The notes under the pieces: generated by a model
The model's input: the letters and a program-made list of their open reading frames with translations, nothing else
The model's database searches: none
Told to the model about the DNA's origin: nothing
Part shown: positions 36,450-44,224 of the stretch, piece by piece
Layout: each line of letters begins with the position of its first letter
Numbering within the stretch: position 1 is the first letter of the stretch
Program-made: the position numbers and the translations under genes
Source of the DNA: Myxococcota bacterium
GTDB taxonomy: Bacteria; Myxococcota_C; UBA6777
DNA: 54,619 nucleotides
Direction: 5' to 3'
NCBI GenBank assembly: GCA_023150835.1
Contig: JAKLKB010000055.1
Location: forward strand, 1-54,619

Positions 36450-38342
36450 TTGATGACGGACACTCTCATGGATAAAAAACCAAGTTCTACCGACAAAAAA
36501 AACGATCCAAAGAAGATCCTTCGACGACGTGGTAACGAAGAGGTCGTCTTCGATCCTTCCCAAGAATCCCTCAGCCACGAAAAACTCGACGCCGCCCAAA
36601 ATCCCGAATCCTCCGCACCAAACACTTCTTCCAAATTGCGCCTCCCCCGAAGAAAACTCAACAAACGCGCCCGAAAAGTCCGACCTGCTGAACTTCCCGA
36701 AGAGATCCAAAAAAAAATACAAGACGGCGAAAGCCCCTCCATCCCCCTCCATCCACTCCTTGCGAAGGATTCCCCCATGACCACAAAAAAACGCACCCCC
36801 ACCCCCGACCCGGCCCAAACATCAACCACCCCCAAACGACGCGGACGACCACCCAAACCAAAAAGCGCTACCGATATCCGTTCTCTTCTCAATAATCCCG
36901 AAAAGCTCAAACAAGATAGCAATGCCCTCGTCGATCTCGTCCGCAAAATCGATCAAACTCCCTCTCACGCTGGACCTCGAAAGCGCGGACGTCCCTCCAA
37001 ACACGCGACCCATCTTCGCGGTCTTTTTACCAGCGAAACCCCTCTTTCCGAACGCCCCTCTTCTGATCGGTCTCTCCCCCCATCGACAACTTCTTCGGCC
37101 TTCCCATCCAGCGAATCCGCTACCACTCCCACCACTCCTACCGCTCCTACCACCGACGCAAAACTCGCCGCTTCGCTTGCACAAGCCGCCACTCAGCCTC
37201 CCGCTCCCAAAAAACGCGGGCGACCGAAAAAACAAGTGGACTCCCCCCTCCTTTCGACCGCTGTCACTTTCTCTGATGCAACATCTGAACACCCCACCAC
37301 ACCTTCTTCTCCCCAATTACCACAAGCACCGAGTTCTATACTTTCTTCTCCGTCTTTTCCTGAAACTTCAAACGTTGCTCTTCCTTTGCCGTTGCCCGAA
37401 GCTCCGAAAAAACGCGGACGACCGAAAAAGTCAGAATCCATCGCTTTGATCGCTCCTTCTATACCTCTCCAAAAGCGCGGTCGTGGCCGACCTCGCAAGT
37501 CAGAATCCCTCTCCTCTCTCCACTCTGTTTCTGTTGCGCCCATCCAAACACCGCCATCTCCCGTTGAGCATGATATCCTCCAACCTACCGCTCCATCCGT
37601 CGAGCACGATACCCTCCAACCCAACGCGACAACCGAAACAACAACTGAAACGCCGAAAAAACGCGGCCCGGGTCGCCCCAAAAAATCAGAATCCCCCGTA
37701 CAAAGCACCCCCGTCCTCGCTCTCCAAAAGCGTGGACGTGGGCGACCCCGCAAAAGCCAAAGCCTTGTCTCCCTCCCTGCCCTTGCAAATACAACCAACC
37801 CGACGATCTCTTCGGCTGTTGCAGAATCATCCTCTTCGGCCAACCACTCCCCTCGTCCCGATACCTTGGCCCAAACCCACTCAGTCGCAAACAACACGAC
37901 TGCTGTTGTTGCAGACACGCCTCCAAAGCGCGGGCGTGGGCGACCCCGCAAAAATCCAATCCCCCAACCTTCTCAACACACCAGTCCCCCGATCAAACGA
38001 GGCCCCGGGCGACCCCGTAAAATCGAAAACATTGTCGCGGCTGCTTTCAAAGAGCCACCCAAAAAGCGCGGCCCCGGGCGACCCCGAAAAGCCGATATCC
38101 TTCAACGTCAACGCAAAAAATCCTTGCAAGGCGTTGGACCCGGACAAGCCATCACTTTCCGCGCCTTACAAACTCAACTCGAAGCCCTCCAAGCGTGGCG
38201 TAATAAAGACGAAACTGTCCGCCTGCGCGTCCGCAAAGCCCTTGAAGGCAGCGCAAAACGCACCGACGATAGCGATTATCGCGAAGTGATCGAAACCTTG
38301 ATCTTTAAAATGCTCTATCCCGAAGATCACCAAGGCGAATAA
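36450..38342 (+). CDS. Multi-AT-hook, largely disordered putative DNA-binding protein
   Basis: Ten R/P-GRP motifs flanked by K/R in Ser/Pro/Thr-rich linkers; short helical-looking C-terminus. Start uncertain (TTG 36450, ATG 36453 or 36468). Confidence 0.82.
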   Translation: MMTDTLMDKKPSSTDKKNDPKKILRRRGNEEVVFDPSQESLSHEKLDAAQNPESSAPNTSSKLRLPRRKLNKRARKVRPAELPEEIQKKIQDGESPSIPLHPLLAKDSPMTTKKRTPTPDPAQTSTTPKRRGRPPKPKSATDIRSLLNNPEKLKQDSNALVDLVRKIDQTPSHAGPRKRGRPSKHATHLRGLFTSETPLSERPSSDRSLPPSTTSSAFPSSESATTPTTPTAPTTDAKLAASLAQAATQPPAPKKRGRPKKQVDSPLLSTAVTFSDATSEHPTTPSSPQLPQAPSSILSSPSFPETSNVALPLPLPEAPKKRGRPKKSESIALIAPSIPLQKRGRGRPRKSESLSSLHSVSVAPIQTPPSPVEHDILQPTAPSVEHDTLQPNATTETTTETPKKRGPGRPKKSESPVQSTPVLALQKRGRGRPRKSQSLVSLPALANTTNPTISSAVAESSSSANHSPRPDTLAQTHSVANNTTAVVADTPPKRGRGRPRKNPIPQPSQHTSPPIKRGPGRPRKIENIVAAAFKEPPKKRGPGRPRKADILQRQRKKSLQGVGPGQAITFRALQTQLEALQAWRNKDETVRLRVRKALEGSAKRTDDSDYREVIETLIFKMLYPEDHQGE

Positions 38343-38384
38343 TCCGAATAATCCGAATCCCACTCATGGTGTGATCGAACAATC

Positions 38385-38515
38385 ATACGAAATCCGCCCG
38401 CTGCGTTATCGTAAAGAGGTCGGGGCACACAGGCGCGGCTGCCCAACCGTAGGGCATCTACGCACGATCCTTCGCTCACACATCTTGCGGATCTCGTATC
38501 ACTCGGATCTCGTAT
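38385..38515 (+). repeat. MITE/REP-like family B copy (right end duplicated)
   Basis: atacgaaatccg ... ggggcacacaggcgcggctgcccaaccgtagggcatctac ... cggatctcgtatc twice. Confidence 0.75.
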
Positions 38516-38621
38516 CAGAACAGTCCACAGCGCACTTGGACCAACTCATTCCATTCGTTTGCGATCATCATTCCTACAATATCCGTCAAAAGCGTATCCA
38601 TAAGCGTCGATGCGGTTTGTT

Positions 38622-38664
38622 GTAAACGCCCTGTGATTGGGCAGCCACACCTGTCTGCCCCTAC
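38622..38664 (-). repeat. Isolated family B REP core
   Basis: gtaaacgccctgtgattgggcagccacacctgtctgcccctac; a further degenerate core ends gctgccctac near 38831. Confidence 0.7.
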
Positions 38665-38936
38665 TTTTTCACGTACTTCACGGACGGAACAGAAACTGTT
38701 TGCTTTGAAAAAAGCAGCCGTCAAAGCGAACAGTCCGGAGCAGAAACCTCGTTACGCAGGGAAAAAACAGTCGTGTTGTCAGCGAAACGAATCGATTGAG
38801 TTGGTCCAAGTGGTCCACAGCGGCTGCCCTACAACAGGGCTACGAGAGCGGATCGCATCGACCGTGCGATCGCACTTCTCTCGGGTGTCGTCTCCTCCGC
38901 CGATCTGCGAAGCAAAAAAGTAAGGTCTGTTCGTGG

Positions 38937-39875
38937 TTATGAGTGGAAACTTTCTTCTAATTGCGACGCCAAAGCCTGAAGGGCTTGTCTGTCAAAGTGA
39001 TAAGGTTCGCGGCAAAAATCGCAGGCGATCTCGGCTTGCCCTTGCTCGTCTGCGATCGCTCGCAATTCTTCTGCCCCCAAGCTCAACAGCGCTCGCTCGA
39101 CTCGCCGCAGGCTGCACGTACAACGAAACGACAAGGGCCGTTCTTCGACGATGTGGTAAGTCTCTCCGAGCAATGCGTGCATGATCGTCGCAAGCGGGAC
39201 ACCTGCTTCGATCTGCTTGACCACTGAATCCATCCGTTCGATCTGCGCTTCCAACTTGTCGATCACCGCCTCCTCTGCCCCCGGCATCAATTGCAAGATA
39301 AATCCTCCTGCCGACAAGATGCTCCCATCCTCGCCCAACAACACCCCCACCCCCACCGAAGAAGGCGTTTGCTCAGATTGTAAGAAATAGTATGTAATGT
39401 CGCTTCCGACCTCACCATTGATCAACGGCACCGTCCCACGATACGCCTCGTCTTCTCCTGTGTCGCGTAATACGTGCAAAAATCCCTCTTTCCCTATCGT
39501 TGCGCCCACATCGATCGTTCCCGGCTCGCCGTTGGGATGCCCGACCTGCGGCTCTCCCACGTAGCCGCGCACGCTGCCGTCCGCCCGTGCATCCACCACG
39601 ATCCGTCCGATCGGACCGTCCCCTCGGAATTCCAGAGCCAATTGATGTTGCTCTTCTTTCAACATCCCCGCCATCATCACACCTGCCGAAAGCACCCGAC
39701 CCAACGCAACGCTGGCATTCGGCCACGTCTCATGGCGGCGACACAAACGGCGCACCAGTTTCGTCGTCTGGCACATATACGCACGCACTTGTCCGTTATA
39801 CGCAAGCGCTTTGATCAACACATCTTGATTCGTCACAGCTTTCTCCGCTCTTTGTTCTTTGTGGTTTTTGTGCAT
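38937..39875 (-). CDS. hslO: Hsp33 redox-regulated chaperone
   Basis: GDGPIG, VRGYV, YFLQSEQTPS, AGGFILQLMPGA, Zn motif CTCS...CDFC. Confidence 0.95.
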   Translation of the reverse strand: MHKNHKEQRAEKAVTNQDVLIKALAYNGQVRAYMCQTTKLVRRLCRRHETWPNASVALGRVLSAGVMMAGMLKEEQHQLALEFRGDGPIGRIVVDARADGSVRGYVGEPQVGHPNGEPGTIDVGATIGKEGFLHVLRDTGEDEAYRGTVPLINGEVGSDITYYFLQSEQTPSSVGVGVLLGEDGSILSAGGFILQLMPGAEEAVIDKLEAQIERMDSVVKQIEAGVPLATIMHALLGETYHIVEERPLSFRCTCSLRRVERALLSLGAEELRAIADEQGQAEIACDFCREPYHFDRQALQALASQLEESFHS

Positions 39876-40003
39876 CGCTCACCTACCCACGCCTCCTTGC
39901 GCTGGCAGAGATTGACGCCACGCTGACTTCGTTCTACAACGTACGCGCAAGGTGACGTGTTTGCATCTTGCGGTACGTTCTTTTTATTTTGTAGGAAAAG
40001 AGA

Positions 40004-40978
40004 ATGTCTGCTCTGCGTTTTGTTTTTCGTCTCCTGCCTCTGGCTTTGTTCGGGGGAGGCTGTCTTACGATCTCCTTTTGGTTTCTGCAAGGGTGCGATC
40101 TGGGGCCTCCATCAGAAGCTGCCATCGAGTCCACACCCCGTTTGGAGATCGTGCAAGGTACTGAAAAAGAAGCGGAGCCTGTTGCTGAGCCTTTCGCCGA
40201 GCCGCTTCCCCTCGAACCTTCGCCCGAAACCAGCGTTCCCGAAGAATTCGCATCCGAAACCCAATCATCCGATGCCACCGAACCTTTCGCACCTGAACTC
40301 GAACCGATACCCGAACCGATACCCGAGCCGATCCCTGAACCCGTTCCTGAACCCGCCACCGAGCCGACTCCTGAGAAAGATCCCGGACAAGGCACTTCGA
40401 TCGGCCCGTATTGGATCACCTACTACTACCTCGCACAAGAACAGCAGTACACAGGCACACCAGACACCGATCTCTATGATGCCAACTGTAAAAAGATCGC
40501 GACGGTTTCAAGCACTTATTCGGATGCTGTTTGCATCGAAGGCAGCGGAAAACTCAAAGATGGTCGTGTGATCAACTACGCAAAAACCTGTAGCTGCGGG
40601 CGTTCCTGTCGTGGCGGGAGCATCATCTGCTACAGCGTCTTGGACCCCGCACGCTTTCCTTGGGGCCTTGGTTCGCGCAGCAACGCCCTTGTTCCGCTGC
40701 GATCTCTTGCGACCGACCCATCCCTGCTGCCTTACGGAACCCTCGTGTATATCCCCCAATGGGACGGCGTTTTGATCCCTGCTCTCGATGGCTTGGGCGG
40801 CTGGACGCATGACGGGTGTTTTCGCGCTGACGACGTCGGCGGAGCCATCAAAGGACAGCACTATGATTTTTTTGCCGGAACATCGGCCATGTGGAAGGCT
40901 CTTGAAAAGATCCATCCCACGCGCACCAACCTCCAACTCTTCAAAAACCCACCGCGCTGTGCGCATCTCAAACCTTAA
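40004..40978 (+). CDS. 3D-domain (MltA-like) lipoprotein with Pro/Glu linker
   Basis: Hydrophobic N-terminus with LQGC; PEPIPEP linker; ITYYY, EGSG, SLATDP, ADDVGGAIKGQHYDFFAG. Confidence 0.8.
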   Translation: MSALRFVFRLLPLALFGGGCLTISFWFLQGCDLGPPSEAAIESTPRLEIVQGTEKEAEPVAEPFAEPLPLEPSPETSVPEEFASETQSSDATEPFAPELEPIPEPIPEPIPEPVPEPATEPTPEKDPGQGTSIGPYWITYYYLAQEQQYTGTPDTDLYDANCKKIATVSSTYSDAVCIEGSGKLKDGRVINYAKTCSCGRSCRGGSIICYSVLDPARFPWGLGSRSNALVPLRSLATDPSLLPYGTLVYIPQWDGVLIPALDGLGGWTHDGCFRADDVGGAIKGQHYDFFAGTSAMWKALEKIHPTRTNLQLFKNPPRCAHLKP

Positions 40979-41033
40979 AAAAAGAGACCTTTCTCGCTCA
41001 AAACCATGATTCCCTTTGTAGGTCTTCATCGCA

Positions 41034-41684
41034 ATGTCACTCGATACTTCTCGCAAACGCGCCTTGTTGCGCAATCTGCTGTTTAACCTGATCGGTGTCT
41101 TCTTTGGAATCGGGTTGTTTGGATATGGCGTTTGGCAACTCAACGCCATGATCCGCAGCCGTTGGCTTTCTCCCCTAGAACAAGGGTATGCACGCTTGCT
41201 TTCCCAAGAGAGCCTACCCTACGAACGCGAAGATTCGCGCTACAAGCTCTCTTTCTTGCTCACCAACTCGCAGCAAAAAACAAGACCCTTGACGATCTTT
41301 GACCCAGATCTTTTTCATCACATGGAGAAGACGGCAGATGCTCGATCTCGTGAATTCTCTTATGCTTTGGCTGCACATCCTACAAAAACATGGGTGTTTC
41401 TTCGGTTGGGAGCGTATCGCCACAAACCCAAGCCCTTGCCTGCCTCGGCGTGGATCTTGATGATCGGTGTGATCCTTTGCGGTGTGGCCTTGTGGATAGC
41501 GGCCTTTCGCAGCGTCAAAGAACGCAGAAGACAGCTTGTTTTCGAGCAAGTTCTCGCAGACAACGAAGCCCGCAAAAAGACCCGCACAGCCGAGCCGTTG
41601 TCAAAGGTGGCGGCTGTGTCTCCTCTTTATCGAACGGGTGCCGTATGCCCAAACCTCCGTGTTTGCAGCAGGAAACTACGATAG
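41034..41684 (+). CDS. Hypothetical two-TM membrane protein
   Basis: Two hydrophobic helices; the last ~15 codons overlap repeat DNA. Confidence 0.6.
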   Translation: MSLDTSRKRALLRNLLFNLIGVFFGIGLFGYGVWQLNAMIRSRWLSPLEQGYARLLSQESLPYEREDSRYKLSFLLTNSQQKTRPLTIFDPDLFHHMEKTADARSREFSYALAAHPTKTWVFLRLGAYRHKPKPLPASAWILMIGVILCGVALWIAAFRSVKERRRQLVFEQVLADNEARKKTRTAEPLSKVAAVSPLYRTGAVCPNLRVCSRKLR

Positions 41685-41685
41685 C

Positions 41686-41803
41686 TTAGACGAAATCCGA
41701 GTGATCTGTGATCGAAGGATAGCGCCCAGACGTCCTGTGCTCGGGCAGCCACAGGGGGCTGCCCCTACATTTTACGACAACACAACGGACGGATTTCGTC
41801 TTA
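41686..41803 (-). repeat. MITE/REP-like family B copy
   Basis: Ends agacgaaatccg / cggatttcgtct; core agacgtcctgtgctcgggcagccacagggggctgcccctac. Confidence 0.78.
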
Positions 41804-41825
41804 CCCGCTGCGATCACCGGGGGCC

Positions 41826-41913
41826 GTATGCCCAAACCTCCGTGTTTGAGACGTTCGAGCGGCAGAGTGTATGCCCAAACCTCCGTGTTTGAGACGTTCG
41901 AGCGGCAGAGTGT
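41826..41913. repeat. 43-bp tandem repeat x2 (a partial third copy lies at 41640-41665)
   Basis: gtatgcccaaacctccgtgtttgagacgttcgagcggcagagt x2. Confidence 0.9.
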
Positions 41914-41935
41914 TTGGTGTGAAAAAAACTCTGTT

Positions 41936-42070
41936 CAAAACCCCGTGTTCGCGAGGCTCCAAGCGGAGCCGTTGTGGGTGGAAAAAGCTCTGATCTCTCC
42001 GCCAAAACGGGGTCAAGGGGGCTAAGACCCCTTGCGGGGTGTGGGGCCGCGCCCCACAAATACCCATCCT
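41936..42070 (+). repeat. Repeat family C copy
   Basis: aaaaccccgtgttcg...acggggtcaagggggctaagaccccttgcggggtgtggggccgcgccccac. Confidence 0.75.
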
Positions 42071-42106
42071 ACAAACCCGTCTTTTCTTTCAACACAAGAG
42101 GTGGTT

Positions 42107-42913
42107 ATGTTTCGTGCGGTGTTGTGTTTGCTGTCGATCAGACTGTTGCTTTCGGGCCTTGTTTGGGCCCAAAAGCCAGCCACAAAACATTATTCTGCCG
42201 ATCAATGGAGGTTTTCCGAGCCTTCGCCTGATCATCTTCATCCGTTGCGCCGCTTTCTCCGCCGTCCGCCCAAGGGATTTGTCGATCTCAAAGAACGAAT
42301 CCCCGATATCCATCTCCAGATCCGTTATCATACTCCGCACAACTTTACGGGAGCTCCGCTGCTCGGTTATGGAGCGCCCGGGGCGTGGATGCGAGAAAAA
42401 GCCGCCGATGCGCTCGCCCAAGTCCAAGACTCCTTACGCAAACAAGGGCTGAGTTTGCTTGTCTATGATGCTTATCGCCCGATACGCGGGACGCTGGCGA
42501 TGGTCGCTTGGGCCAAACGTACGCAACAAACCCATCTGCTCAAAGGCTACATCGCCACGCGATCAGGCCACAATCGCGGCCACACCATCGATCTGACGAT
42601 CTGTGAGGCCAAAACAGGCAAGGCGCTCGATATGGGCAACGCTTACGATACCCTCAACGAGACCAGCCACACCCGCAACGCTCGGGGTTATGCTCTCCAA
42701 AATCGCTTGTTGCTATTGCGGGTGATGCGCAGCGCAGGATTCCGACCCTACAATAAGGAATGGTGGCACTTTAGCTTTCGTATGCCCGCCAAAGCCCGCG
42801 ATGTCCCGTACGGATGTTATGAACCCAACGAAAAAAGATGGCGGCCCCCCAAAGGGTGGGAACAACCGGGCTTTCAGATGCCCAATGCATGGACACCCCG
42901 GCCTTGTCGCTAA
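42107..42913 (+). CDS. D-Ala-D-Ala dipeptidase (VanX/DdpX, peptidase M15D), signal-peptide-bearing
   Basis: IRYHTPHNFTG, YDAYRP, SGHNRGHTIDL, LDMG, EWWHF; GAGGTG SD. Confidence 0.9.
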   Translation: MFRAVLCLLSIRLLLSGLVWAQKPATKHYSADQWRFSEPSPDHLHPLRRFLRRPPKGFVDLKERIPDIHLQIRYHTPHNFTGAPLLGYGAPGAWMREKAADALAQVQDSLRKQGLSLLVYDAYRPIRGTLAMVAWAKRTQQTHLLKGYIATRSGHNRGHTIDLTICEAKTGKALDMGNAYDTLNETSHTRNARGYALQNRLLLLRVMRSAGFRPYNKEWWHFSFRMPAKARDVPYGCYEPNEKRWRPPKGWEQPGFQMPNAWTPRPCR

Positions 42914-43124
42914 TATCGCCGCTTCGACAGGTACACTGACGCGGTCTTCTTTCGTCTGGAAACTTCGATCTTGCCGATACGCTCGCTGCTTCGACACAAA
43001 CACCGATGCGGTCTTCTTTCGCGTGCGCGAGCGCAACATGGAGTACCGAAACATGCAACCTTTTGTTTCTTGGTTTTTGGGCTACGACTTTTTCTCTGTT
43101 AGGAATCCCACACTACGGCTCTTT

Positions 43125-43892
43125 TTGAACAAGGCATCGATCTCACGGGTTCGATGGTTCGGGTGGATGCTGTTGTTCTTGGCCTCTGCTTCTTTCTTGC
43201 GCGCCGATACACCGAACGTTTCGTGGTTTGTTGGGCCGTTTGAACAAGCCTTGCAGATCGCAAAGCAACAAAAGAAACAAGTGTTTCTCGATATGTACGC
43301 AGACTGGTGTCACCCCTGCAAACGGATGGAACGCGAAGTCTTTCCCAAGCCCGAAGTGCGCACTTTTCTCGATAAGCATTTTGTCTCGCTCAAAAGAGAC
43401 GGTATGCGCGCAGAAGGGGCGTTTTTGGCCAAACGCTACAACTGCGTGACCTACCCTTGTATGTTGGTGATCGACGAACAAGGCCAAGAAGTCGGTCGAT
43501 TGACGCGCTTTACACTTCCCCAACCTTTTGTGCAACAGCTAACCGAACTGCGCGATGGAAAAAATACGCTCCCCGCTCTCTTGACCCAACTCCAGCAACA
43601 GCCACGTGATCCTGTCCTCCATTTTCGCGTCGGTTTTCGTTATGCTTATCGGGGTGACGCACGCTGTATCCAACACCTCCAATTCACCGCGCAAAATCCT
43701 CCACCCCAGTTCCCACACCTCGCAGCCAAGGCCCTTTACACGCTTGGACGGATCTATTACCGCAATACCTTGCGCGATTGCGCCTCGGCCAACCGCACTT
43801 TTCTCGACTACATCAAACGCTTTCCAAACGGTGCCGATATCCAGCGTGTTCGCAACCTCTACAACGGTTGCCTTCGACGCCTTCGCCGCTAA
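43125..43892 (+). CDS. Exported thioredoxin-family protein with TPR-like C-terminus
   Basis: YADWCHPCKRM, YP cis-Pro loop, TPR-like helices (AKALYTLGRIYY, YIKRFPNG). Start uncertain (43125 or 43167). Confidence 0.8.
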   Translation: MNKASISRVRWFGWMLLFLASASFLRADTPNVSWFVGPFEQALQIAKQQKKQVFLDMYADWCHPCKRMEREVFPKPEVRTFLDKHFVSLKRDGMRAEGAFLAKRYNCVTYPCMLVIDEQGQEVGRLTRFTLPQPFVQQLTELRDGKNTLPALLTQLQQQPRDPVLHFRVGFRYAYRGDARCIQHLQFTAQNPPPQFPHLAAKALYTLGRIYYRNTLRDCASANRTFLDYIKRFPNGADIQRVRNLYNGCLRRLRR

Positions 43893-43948
43893 TCTCACCG
43901 CTCGTCTCACCGTTCAACTCACTGCATCTCAACGGCATCACAAGCGCC

Positions 43949-44074
43949 TTATATGGTATCCGAGAGACGCGCACACGAAGGGAGAGGGCGAACTGTTGTA
44001 GACGCCCTGTTCTTGGGCTGCCACGGGGGGCTGCCCCTACATCTTCCGTGTACACGATGAGCGGATTTCGTATA
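43949..44074 (-). repeat. MITE/REP-like family B copy
   Basis: ttatatggtatccg ... gtagacgccctgttcttgggctgccacggggggctgcccctac ... cggatttcgtata. Confidence 0.75.
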
Positions 44075-44224
44075 CGGCAGATCCGCACCTTGCCAAGTCG
44101 CTCACCAAATGCCTATAACGATCAATCGCCTAGCGTATTTCTGCGCAGGTTCTGTTTCGTTGGGTCACAACACGGCGGAGCGCGGGGGGAACACGTGGCA
44201 TCGTTTTTTCTCAAAGGAGGTCGT

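Noticed and set aside
42107-42913. Vancomycin-resistance locus
   Set aside because: VanX-like gene alone, with no vanH, vanA/B or vanRS.
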